Positions 52,218 through 64,000 of a DNA stretch of 64,000 nt are shown here, one piece after another. Location of the stretch: assembly GCA_002633005.1 (NCBI GenBank), contig NMRA01000313.1, forward strand, positions 186,001-250,000. Direction: 5' to 3'. The translations under genes and the position numbers were made by a program. The notes beneath the pieces are model-generated. The model worked only from the letters and a program-made list of their open reading frames with translations, had not been told where the DNA came from and searched no databases. Origin of the DNA: Phoronis australis. Its lineage: Eukaryota > Animalia > Phoronida. Position 1 is the stretch's first letter, and each line of letters starts with the position of its first letter.

Positions 52218-52842
52218 TTGTGGACCATTTGCTAACAAAAGAGCGGGAGGACTAAAAAAAACAGGCGCACCTCTGTGAATTGCACGTTTGCGCTTATTTA
52301 GTGGACTTTTGTCCCATTTTCTCGGACTTTTTGTCTCTCGGCGGCCGCTTTTTTGCTCACTTCGCCAATTGGGGAGTTCGTTCTAGTAGCCCGGCCCCCG
52401 AGCCCCCCCACCCTAGTGGGTGCGCGCATGCGTTCGGAGTAACCTGAGATGCCGGCCCACTGTGATACTCTCATTATAGATTCCGTATAAAATCACCGCC
52501 ACGAGCCCAAGCGCCCACTTCTTGACTTGATCTCCTTACTTGCTCAACAACTGATACAACAGTGAAACTTTGGCCGGCATTTTACTGAAAAGTAGCCTGA
52601 GCTACTGCCAATCAAGAAAAATAGGTTTGGTCTTTTGTGCAACTTAAGAACGTTTTAAACACAAGTTAACTTTTGCCATGAACTGATTGCATAAAATATA
52701 AAGCGTCATGCGCGCACTCGGGGGAGGGGGGCTCGAGGAGCTCGAATGTCCACTAAAAAGGTGCGAATGCACAATTAATAGCTCTGAATGAGGTACCCCG
52801 TTTTTTAGTCTCCCGTTTTTTGTTAGTAAATGGTCCACATTG
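52218..52842. mobile_element. Inverted-repeat (MITE-like) element
   Basis: tgtggaccatttgctaacaaaa..cggga.gactaaaaaa...gtgcgcgcatg (52218-52430) is mirrored by catgcgcgcac...ttttttagtctcccgttttttgttagtaaatggtccaca (52707-52840). Confidence 0.7.
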
Positions 52843-52907
52843 TCAAAAATTCGAGCCCTCCTATATTTTGAGGCTTGGTAAGCTCATGAGCCTGTAACAA
52901 ACATTAC

Positions 52908-53095
52908 NNNNNNNNNNNNNNNNNNNNNNNNNNNNNNNNNNNNNNNNNNNNNNNNNNNNNNNNNNNNNNNNNNNNNNNNNNNNNNNNNNNNNNNNNNNNN
53001 NNNNNNNNNNNNNNNNNNNNNNNNNNNNNNNNNNNNNNNNNNNNNNNNNNNNNNNNNNNNNNNNNNNNNNNNNNNNNNNNNNNNNNNNNNNNNNN
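52908..53095. other. Assembly gap
   Basis: Run of 188 N. Confidence 1.
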
Positions 53096-53552
53096 ATTTT
53101 GATAATTTAACATGCAAATAGTTTAAAAATGACAATTACAAGTCGATTTTGACGTCTTCCTTTGTTGACAGTGAAACCGCATTACCGCGTAGTAATCTTG
53201 TGTGCCGATTCTCTGAGTGTGCAGGGCTAGCCTGGACTGAAAGTGAAATATCTCGGCCAAGACTTCATCGATTTTCGTGGGAGAAAAACGCTTGTTTTCA
53301 GAATTTTACGAGGAATTTGTTGATGAATCTTTTACATGTCATTGAAAAAGGCGAAAATACAAACGCGCGAGTCATATTTCTTCAGGCAGCCCTTAGCGGC
53401 TACACGGGCAATAAAATGTAATCGACCGAATAGAATCGTCGACCACAGATTTACCCTGTGGTTTTTCCGCTTGATCCCAGACCGCCCCGAGTTGCTCCAG
53501 CAGCCAACTCGGGGCGGTCTCTCACGAGGGTTTAGCGTTATGGGAAAGAAGA

Positions 53553-53700
53553 AGGTTCGCGCGCAAACGCTGTCACGTGGGTCAAGAACAAGTTGTTTCT
53601 TGTGACGTCTGTTGGATGGGATCGTAGCGTTGTATAAAGAGCACAAGCTCGCTGACTAACACCTGTAGGCCGTGAGTTCGAATCCTTGCACTGTTACGAA
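53553..53700 (+). mobile_element. Element with an internal tRNA-like promoter, related to 7144-7300
   Basis: aggttcgcgcgcaaacgctgt followed about 120 nt later by the B box gagttcgaatcc (53674-53685). Confidence 0.5.
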
Positions 53701-55729
53701 TTTTCCATTTTTCGCTACAAACGCCAATATCGTGGTTAAACAGTTTTAATGCTTTAAAATGAGAATTGTTAACTCTGTATATTTACAGAGTGTACTTCCC
53801 GTATGAATAAATCATGTCATGACCACATAAATTATGTATCTGTTCGCCATCGGGACAAAAATTACGTAAAGGAGGTGAAATTCAAAATCAAGGGCCTCTA
53901 GAGTTTTTATTGACAACCTGACGAGTTGAAAAGCCGCCGTGCGGCCAATTTGGAATCCAGCAGTACGGTATGCGATCTGGGTCGTGGGATTTTGCCGTGT
54001 TAGTCGCAAAAAGGGACCTGGTCAAAGCAGACCTGTCGAAGGCTGATGATGGGACGGGGCACAAGTTAGATATATGGTAGATAGCACAGGTTTATAATCA
54101 TTCGAAAACATGCATGTACCAATGTTTTGTGGAAAGAAACTATTTGTCTAAATTTAAGAAATTTCACCAAAGAAAACAAAATATAGAAAGCGCAACCATA
54201 GGGGCCAGCAGTAACCAAATCATCAATGAATACACGTGACGTCGAACATGGTAATAAGCATAGAAATTATTTGCAAAAAACTAATGGGGTTCACGAGTTA
54301 CATCTGCCGACTGCCCGTAGTCAATGACTGTAAAATACGTGATGGTATGTTCTTTCCATTGCCTGTTGTTTGGAAACAAACAAAAAGTCAAAAATTGTTA
54401 TTTCTTATTTTCTTGGTCACACAGAAAACGAATAAAGAAATATCATCTGAAGTCATCAACCATCCCGCAAAGTGGTGCTTGAAGCACCTCAAAAATGTCT
54501 ATAAACAAATATAGGCATATTAGAGCATTTTGGCTCGGCAGTTAAGGTTAATCGAAACATGTTTGAAAATTCAAAGACAGTCTTCTAATAGAGAGGCTCA
54601 GTTTTTACACAAGTACCATAAAACATTTTTCCTATATTTCATTTGAACCGTTTTAAAACTGCTTTACTTACTGAACATATTGGAACCAAATATGGACTGT
54701 TTTGGGCCAAAAAAACGATGATGGTCCATCTTACAAAAATACTGGCCTGGATAATTTGAAATGAGCGTTTTGAACATAGCTAACCAAGATATATGAACGC
54801 ACATTTTTCAAGACCTGAGGCGGTGACCCTAAAGTCTACCTCGTGAAATGGCAGTTAATAATGCTAAAAAAATCTAAAGCTAAAGCGTAGGGCATATTTA
54901 TCACCGACGGTGAGTCTTCATGAAACATTTTTTTCAGAAGTCTCACATCTGAAAAACTACACGATTTGAATGAGCTTCTTTGCCCACTATTCTATTTCCT
55001 TGCTCAACATTCCCCTTGTTGCTGCTACTGCACCCCAACCCACCCCCTCACCCGGAGTACAGCTACATGTACACATGTGCTATGTACATAACTGCGGCAC
55101 CCAGAAGCGATCTGACACGTGAATGAAGCTCAACGTGAATTTGTACGTCATCAGTGAATGGGCTCATTATTAATTACACCCCATCCACTATAAAGCCTTT
55201 GGTGATGGTATAGCTCCACGTACATCGGTAATGAACTCCATCGAAAAGATCCTGTTTATGTGGTACGCATGCTAGGAACCTAATTATATATTTGGTTTGC
55301 GCTCAAGGGGACTTCACAATAAGTAACTCTGGTGGGAGAGGCCCAACTGTGTTTGTCAGCACTGCCCATTGATTGCATCAGGAAGAGTGGTTATCTCTTC
55401 CTGATTGCATCTAATAGAATCCTCAAAAATTGTCTATTCAGATGAGCAAAAAATATAAAAAGTTGCACAAGGATGGGATTAAAAAGCCGAGCAAAGAGTT
55501 TATTCAAGTGCGAGTTTTGAAATGTGTGGTTGCATGTGAACTCTTAGGTCATTTTGTGATAATTTTGCGGTTTTCCTTATCGTTATTAAGTTTTGTAGTA
55601 AACTCATTAGGCAAGAACTCGGATGAGCCCGTTGATGTTTTTAAACCCCGAAAGCTTAGCAATTCAACATTGGCAGCTAAACGTTGGCGTTACCTTTACG
55701 ATGTAACGTTGTTAGTTCAGTGTCGCCGT

Positions 55730-56527
55730 GTAGCAAACATTGAATTAGCATGCGCTCACACGGCCTCGGTGCTCGGTAAATTACTTTTATTGCTTCTAAA
55801 TCCGGTGACGCAGTGGTTTTGCTGGCTTCTCAAAATATTTGCACTCGCGAATACTCCAAAGGCATTACAAAATTATGAGACAGACTTTGTTTCAGTTTTA
55901 TGTAAGCATTGGTTAGGGTGAGAATAATTCATTTTGAAACAGAACGCAGAATAATAAACGTCTACATGGCAACTCGCCCGGCGCCAATCCCGACTTAGTC
56001 GAGAGCTCATCCGACGAAGACTTCACGGGTCGGATCCTTAGGTTCCACAGGCTATCAGTTCGAACCGGAATACACTGATCAAGAAATACTAGAGAGGCGC
56101 CGTGAACATGCACAAGCAACGAACGTATGGATAGTTCTTTGGAAAGCCGGAATTCGTCAGAGAAATCACTGTCGACGAAATGCCGGCTACGGACAGAGAT
56201 GTTTCACGGCCTCATACATGTACATGCTATTAACAGCGTACTTTAAATTCTTCACTGCCGCGAGCCACTTCATAAGCATTTCAGGCTCTCGAGGAAGTCG
56301 AAAAACTATATACCCGCTTTCTTCGCAGCTTCATACATGTAGTTCGGACAAGCGGGAATGATGCACGCGCAATATAGCGGCATTTACGTCGCTGCGTCGT
56401 TTCTGACCTTCCTCACAGGTTAACGTGACACCCCTCGACAAGGTGAGGTCGACCGCATAAGAGGCGATGTGGATATAGACCGATTAAGACGGTAAAAAAG
56501 ACTAATTAAATCGGGTGGCATTCTCCT
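55730..56527 (-). mobile_element. Second, left-truncated Kolobok-type copy with a THAP relic
   Basis: Collinear with about 26930-28034 (with deletions) and ends in gggtggcattctcct+TTAA. The minus-strand relic reads CIIPACPN...FRLPREPEMLMKWLAAVKN...SRHFVDSDF across frameshifts. Confidence 0.85.
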
Positions 56528-59185
56528 TTAATTCCCAGTGGAGGGCAGTGTTTGTGCAAATCAGTTCAGGGTAGTTACATTGGATACTGGAAGCGAGTCT
56601 TTACTCATTAGTTAATTTTGGAAAGTTTAACAGGAAACGAACTTTCTCGCGTAGTTGGGCGTTTGCCTTCTACACTAGTATTCAACCTAATGAAACCACG
56701 TGTCTTAAATTCTCGGTGATCATATGAACGATCTTTAGCTGATACTGATGCGGTGGGGCGTTTCATTTTTATGGCGGCGAGCGCAGGTCTCAAAATGAGT
56801 CGAGGTATAGACCAGAACCAAATTTGCTTTTTGCCTTAATGTTAACTTTGTCTAAAAATGCTTGTAGTTAATTTTCACACTACAAATTACTTTCCATTTC
56901 AGGACTAGTGTTTACCGCCGGGTTTACAGTTTCTAGCTACTTACACATGGTTGATGTATGGACGTGGTAAATAAAAATCTAAATCTCGATTTTCCTTCCT
57001 CCGGATTATGAAATTAAGTGTGACATATTTGCAGTTCCACCCATGAGTTATGGAAAATTAATGTTTTAAAACAAAAATTGCCCAAGGTATCGAAAGTCGA
57101 AATCACTGAAATTAGCCGATTTGCCATGTACAGTAGCGGATGTCGTATCAAATAACTGACAGACATTTGGCTTATAGAAACGCGTCTAAAGAATTACCTC
57201 CGGTAGTAAATAATGAAAATGTGAGTTGGAAGACAATGTATCTCTCATGACTGTAGTGACTTAGTAATCGGGTCCACACTCGCCCTTGTCTTCAACTTGT
57301 GTCTGTTTCCGGTTGAGCAAGCTACTTAGATAGTGGCAAAACATGACTAGAAACATGTGAGATATTGATGTTGATAAAAGCCTGTCCATTCTGCTATGAT
57401 TTTGTGATCTTCGAAACTGTCCACGTTGGCGATCAACTGAACTAAATTACATAATATTGGATCGACTCCTCATAGGGAACGCTCAAAGTAGTTTGTTACA
57501 GAGCGGGGTCTCTTTGGCGTCCATTCATTTTTTGTCTTGAGAAGTGCAGTTGAAGAAAATCTCTAACTCAGTTGCCGTTTTGGTTTCTATACTTCCCAAC
57601 GCGATCACCACGTAATATCCCCTTGACAGATAGGAGTTTCTATCTGTCAACAACCGTTACACATGTTATCTGATGCGTAGTTTTATGTGCCCGGTTGCAT
57701 GAAACAGTCCCAAATAGAGATTCAACTATGTTCCCTAAATCTACTGCGTATTTTTAAACTTGTGAAAACTTTTATTGTCCATTCTTGTATTGTTTTAGTT
57801 TCATTTCTAATTGAACTTTTGACTTTGCTACAACTCGAGAGTGAACTCTACGCTGAATTGTCAATCGAAAATAATTAGGGATCTTGTCATGTAACACCCC
57901 CAATTTCAAGACTGATACCCTATTTATTTTTAATGAACTCTAGGTTCAGTTTTGAGTCATGTTATTAGAAAATGCCATTAATCAAAGAGGAGCTCACAAT
58001 AAAGACGGATTATAGAAAAATGTTGCATCTGTTAGTCAATAAAGACACGAATACGCAAAAAGACCTAGGGACTTTAATCGAGTCCCTATTTGCGACTGTT
58101 TTATGCAACCGCCCAATGACGCTTACGTAATAAATAGCAATACACAGCTGTGCTGGCCAATCACACTGAACAAAATAGTTCAAGTTTGAAGTTGCCGTTT
58201 TAAAGAAAATTTGTTCTCAAATCATTTGGTCAATTTTTTTCTTGCTCACGTTCACTTCCTAAAACGGATTTGAGCTGACGATGTAATAACATAACGTCTA
58301 AAATGTCTTGGTATATTTACACCAACATCTCATTGGCAAGGTGACGTTTCGGTCATATCTTCCACCGTACTCAGGCGTTGCTGCCTTAGCACGGGTATCC
58401 GGCACTTTCACTACTAGACTGCAGAGTCACAGCGAGCGAGCGCTTTTTTATAATTCTAATTGGTGGACACGGGTGCAAAGATGAATCGGGCTACAGACCA
58501 AAACTGAGCAACTACACTTTTTTCGGCCTTATCCAATTTTTCCGACATTAAAGCAACACATTCAGGTTCGAAATATACACTTTGGTCTCGAATTCCCAGA
58601 TTGAATCAAAGGATCACCAAGCTTGCACTGGGATCTTATTGATCTCTTCGCTTAAACTATCCTTAAAGCTAAATTCAATGAGAAAGGGGTGACAAATCTA
58701 GTTCTGATCTGATCAAGACCTTAGTGGGGGCTATGTAATAAAAAGGACTTAATTTCAACAAATTAAACCAAAATGATTTGAAAATTGAATTTTTCATTTT
58801 TACAACTCTGATATGTCTCGGATCCTCCAATGGGAACATGAATATTAATATCATGAAGTTTCAAGGAAAACGGAAGCACCTTACAGCTACAAAATTCAGG
58901 ATAAAATATTTATTGATGACTTGTAAAAAGCTTTAAATCAAATTCGTTCGTTCATTGTTATCTCCTTAGAGAGATAACCCCAGTCGGGACCCCTAGGATA
59001 AGTCGTGACCCAATCATCACAGCAGTTGGGTGTAGGCCTAGAATGACTCGCACTAACTGATAAGAGAGATTGACAAGAAGAATCGGACTCCAAAACGTCC
59101 TAGAGTGAGCACCTCGTCGAGCTAACAGGTTCATATAGTTTTACTCTATCTGTACAGTGTGCTGTTGTTATATGTTGCCGACAAG

Positions 59186-59276
59186 ATGGTTCTTGGGATG
59201 ATGAGAGCGACGTTTATCTGTTGGTCTGTCTGCTGTTACGCTTTATTTACAAGTGCGCAAAACACCACTGTTTCAG
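59186..59276 (+). CDS. First coding exon (signal peptide) of an unidentified secreted or membrane protein
   Basis: Acceptor at 59157, good start context (aagATGG), MVLGMMRATFICWSVCCYALFTSA|QNTTVS (basic residue, hydrophobic core, T-S-A cleavage site, N-x-T sequon) and a phase-1 GTAAG donor. Downstream exons are uncertain. Confidence 0.55.
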
Positions 59277-62200
59277 GTAAGGCAATCATTGTTTTCAATG
59301 GTCTTAGAGGAAATGCGCCGTTTCACGTACCGAGTGGATTGACTATTCAGAATGTATAACTATTACACTATATGATAGATGTTCTGTGAAACAGTTCGCA
59401 ATTGTCACATGTATGGTGCCTGCATTCAATTTTACACAGAGAAAATGGAACACCGTTACTAGTCAACCTTCGGCAAAACTAGTAACAATTTCAAAACAAA
59501 CACACGGTGAAATGTTACTGAACCCAATTGAACCACATTAATTGTCTGGTGTTGGACCCATTACAAGAGCGAATCCAGATTTATAGTTGAGCGCGTAGAG
59601 GTCGGGGCATTGCGTGACCGAGTAGGGAGAGCCGATCTCAGACCCACATATGGATCCGCCCCCAGTCTGCTTTGTAATCATTTTCTCGTTTGTCAAGATT
59701 ATGAATGTTAAGTATATTTCTTTTAATGTCATTCAATGCCATTTGAAAATTATCTTCGGGGGTCAGAATCCCACATTTACATGAGAAAGATCAACGTTTC
59801 TGGAATGGGATATTAAAGACTGCGTTCTGCATTTCTGCCAAAACTTTAGTCTGGTTGATCACAGTAATAACTCGTTCACAGGAACTTGTATACTGAGATG
59901 GTGTAATAAACAATCACGCCGTCTATAGCAAAATAGATTGTACGGTTTTAAGAATGTCGACCAAAATACAGTTTTTACCAATGTTGAAAGAAAATAATTG
60001 TAATTGTTTTAAGTCATCAATCAAGCGGTACCTTCAGGTGATATAATATACATTTCTTGAGGCTCTCCCCAAAGTACATAACGCGTGTTATGACAAATAT
60101 TTTCGAGAGTATTTGACTTGCCACCCAAGGGGCTGTAAGTAAATAAACAGGATAAAAATAGTCTACACTTGAATTATCGTATAAGCCGATGCTCCATCGG
60201 ACCAAGAAAACGCATTATGTTACCAAACATTATGCTGGTGGGTAAATGGCGAATTTCTTCATAACTGAATTAATTGCTTCCAAACAGTGTTTTTCTTGAA
60301 ACACAAACGATTGTGTTACACTATCTATTTTCTGCCAGATTTACTGGGAAACGCCCGGATCCACGAATACTTCCGATGACCGTCGATATATTTATCATCA
60401 TCCTGGTGTAAACTAGATAATAATAAAAACAAGAAAATTAGTTTCATGCCCACTTGGTACAAACGTGTGTAAACAATTCAATTTAGAGCAACAGGCTATT
60501 TACAAAAGGGCACGGCAGATTATGGCAAACATTAAAACGTACAGGCAGAACGGTTTTGACTACGTAGCGATGTCATTAAATTATGCACTACAATATTAAA
60601 AAGTAGCATTTTCAAAATTTTATCAGGCCCCTAAGAATGTACGTGTCAGTTTATTATATGCATGTTCAATAGTCGATAGCTGTTATCTCGAAACATGTGC
60701 AGTAGTTAAAGCGATGTGTTAAAGATATGTGAATTTGATTTGCTGGTCTGCGCTGTCCCCAATCATAACTGTATCTTTAGAAAAGGTCACTAAGCCGATT
60801 TGCCGAGGCATGAATACCAATGTCAGTTGATCCAACGAATACATTTTCGTTTTCGTTTTTTATCCAGACTGTGTTTTGGCCAAGGTTAATAACTATTTTT
60901 ACAACTAGAAATCGAAAATTGTGAATGAGTCAGGCATAGCTTGGAGGATTTTGAAAGAAAGACTCGACTGAATCGTGACTCAGACAACGTGGAAGTAGAA
61001 TGTCTCAGTCATTGCTATCAGGTTTTGTCTCAGTGTTTCTTTCACGATGTTTCTTTATCATTCATCGGTGTAACAATGCTTTATACTGCTCTTTATCCCG
61101 GAAATATGTACTTGAATAGGCTGACGCCCAAGCTAAGTCCAACGTTTTATCATTGTTTTCAGAAGACCGTCGATTTTTCTCGAATACCGCACCCCATTTA
61201 CTCCACAGAATTTCGCCATCAAACCAGGCCCACTATTTTTCATCTTTTGGGGAGCTACAAAGGCCCTCACCGTGGATTCAGATCTTACAGCCAGTTGGTG
61301 ACTTACAAACGGTATACGACGGAAAACAATAATCACCCATTATAATTGAAAGCACGAATCCCTTGAAACACGTTTTTTGTTGCAAGTATGACTAAAAACC
61401 GTTAGATAAAATGTAAAAGTGAGCCTCAAAATTCATTGAAGCAATATATTAGACTTTTAGCAAATTGTTTGTGCGAAAGATTATTGAGGCGCGCGCCATC
61501 CGCTCACGCTCAGTATATTCTTGCCGGCCAATAAAACGCCCGGCTTGCGTTCTGTTGACCCAAGAAAATCGCCAGAACGCAAGATTACGTCATAAGTTGT
61601 GTGATATCGCCATGGATTAAAGGCGAAGCACGTGATCACAGTACCTTTATTCATTACATTCTTGCTTGGCTACGGAACGCAGCCCACGTCTCCAAGTTTT
61701 CAGTGAGATTACCAGAAGTTTGCGAGCCGACAACCGCCCCAGAATGCATTTAAAAAACGACAGCAGTGCTGCAGATGAATTTTCGCAAATACACCTCTTT
61801 GTTGATCACTACTATTTTTATATACGCAAAGGTCACTGAGATTTTTTTGGTGGTCCCCCCAACAACCTGCTTTTAAGGGTGTGCTGTGTTTGAGTGCGAT
61901 AACCGAAGCGACCAAACGCACATAGGTTTGACTATCACTTGAAAACTTAGTAGCCTGAAAAAGATATACCAAGGTGATCACATTTCACTTAGAAGATGAA
62001 TAAATGTATAACAGTTTTGATCATTTAGGTATAGAAAAACGCATATAGGTCTCAATCCGAAAACCGTTTCTTAAATGAGAGTAAACGATTTTAAAGAAAT
62101 TGTAAGGACTTTTTCGATTATCAATCTTCCAAACACAGTCGGCAGATATTCTTGTCTTCTAAGATTTTAGTTTACCATTTTGATTTAAATCAACCCCTTC

Positions 62201-64000
62201 TTCAGTTTCAGAAATGTCCGACAGACCATCCCCGAGTGTTTTTGGTTTTTTTTTTTGAAAACCCTTCCATTGAAATAAGGGCGTTCTTTCTGAAACAAGT
62301 TACTTTTTGAATATCGGGCATGGCTGCACGCTATATGAAAGATAACGTAAATGAATGATCCATGAAAGGTGAAAACATGTCTTGCACTGCATTAACTCAA
62401 AAACAGCAATTGGCTCGAACACTGGCATTTTCGGAACCAATGTGGCATCTTTTTTGTAGCAAACCAAAAAGTTACAATGCTGCCTAAAAGTTCAAATTGT
62501 TGGTTAAAAATGCACTATTGAGTTTAAAGTTTGACTTGTTGAGCACATTTTACTTGAAGAGGCCTGGAACGCGAAAAACTAACTAAATTGCATTATTCAC
62601 AGTGATTATCTGCCACTGAAAGAGAAGTCAAACTGCTCACTAGGTATTTTTTTATGATTTTCTCCTAAAGATCTTGAATTTCTGTTGATTTCAAACCATT
62701 TTTTAGTTTCAAATTTCAAAAACGATGGCGACTTCAAGCAGCAGTCAGTCGATTAAGAGGCACGTGACGTCTGTTTAAAATTAGTTATTATAGCATCGTG
62801 GTATTGAAATAATTTTTAAAATGCACCTGGAATTATTTTTGGAAAATTATTTGCTTCACTGGCTTGCCTCATACTGTGCTGTGGAGATGAGATTCGGAAT
62901 GCTATCCCACTTGATAATCCCGTTAATATCCATCTTCTCAGTCAGGTGTTTGTCGAATGGCTGTGAGCGCGGGAGATTGTGGTGACTACAAAGTTTTTCT
63001 TTCTCACGTATTTCAACAATCGTGAACTTTGCGATTTTTTTGGTAAATTCCCTCATAGGGGAAAATGACTAACTCCGTAATACACGTTACGAGATGGTAC
63101 TTTCGCCAGGAATTGTTTAAAAGACATTTTTGACAAGCTTTCGCGTTCAACCCCTCTTTAAAATCACTGAAACCTTTCTAAAATCCGATTGGTTCAAATC
63201 TCTTCACTTGAATGAGCGTTCTTTAGAAACAAGTTGACATGTAAAAATGTATTAATTTGTCTTAAATGAACGATGATGTAGGACATTTTCGGGACGCTTT
63301 TTCAGAGAGCCATTTTTTAAGTTCACAGCAGATGTTTGCATACGCCGTATTTTGTAGCAGATCAAATGCCATGTTCCAACTAAGCTTCTTCGGCTTTTCG
63401 TTGTAGTCTTCCCCAGCACGCTTGTATTTTCCTCCCATCGCTTTGAAATCATTTTACATAACGTGTACATCTAGAGATAATCGACAAAATGGCAGTAGAC
63501 AAGAAGGAGGATGAACAACGAGTCACAAAATTAGTTTAAACAACTGTCAACTCGTCAAATGTCAACCGTGCTATCTCGTGGAAAAAGTCTACAACAACAA
63601 ACTGATGTGAAGTAGAGCTCCATGTATCATGGTAATCGCCACGTGTATCTTCTAATCGTATGTCAAACATGTGAATAGTAAATAGTAACTACTGCCTCGT
63701 TTTTGTATTCTTTACTTGTTTTATGTTGTACACAGTAACTCCTACTGTGTGGTACGGTGGTCCTCAATGAAGTGGATATGCCTTCGAGGATCTCCAACTG
63801 TGTTTTTTATTGTATTTCACGAATTGTTAAATAAGGTAATAAAGTAAACGTATTATCTCTCAAAATATTTAATTTGCACTTTCCTAAAAAGTTGATGTTT
63901 CTGGGCAGTTTCCAAGAAAGCTTTGTTTTGATTGGTCATTTCAAAGCGGTTATCGAAAGCTGAAAGATGCATTAAAAATTGAACCAATTTGATTCTGAAA

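Noticed and set aside
52884-53135. ORFs spanning the N gap
   Set aside because: Artefacts of translating Ns.
60377-60379. TGA as selenocysteine
   Set aside because: No SECIS-like element or redox motif, and a polyadenylation signal follows closely.

Overview
AT-rich, intron-containing animal genomic DNA, most likely a marine invertebrate (inferred from gene content and repeat types; species not determinable). It is a draft assembly with single Ns at 1907, 6922 and 49831 and a gap at 52908-53095. Genes were reconstructed by hand from GT-AG boundaries and frame continuity. (1) The 3' part of a receptor-type protein tyrosine phosphatase (D2-type domain only), minus strand, 1-4645. (2) A divergent Isy1-family gene, minus strand, 4 exons, 251 aa. 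(3) GTF2F1/RAP74, plus strand, 12 exons, 499 aa, head-to-head with gene 2. (4) TTLL7 tubulin polyglutamylase, minus strand, 17-18 coding exons, about 880-890 aa. (5) A signal-peptide exon of an unidentified plus-strand gene at 59186. Introns and intergenic DNA are dense with non-autonomous transposons: a long-TIR family with 9-bp TSDs whose young copies sit in or on the termini of older relatives, Kolobok-type elements with decayed THAP domains, tRNA-derived heads, foldbacks and minisatellites. Most ORFs in the supplied track are exon fragments or spurious. No prokaryotic features or CRISPR arrays. No clearly new biological system was established; the best leads are the nested MITE family, the Isy1 paralog, the orphan PTP D2 domain and a possible 43-aa secreted peptide.
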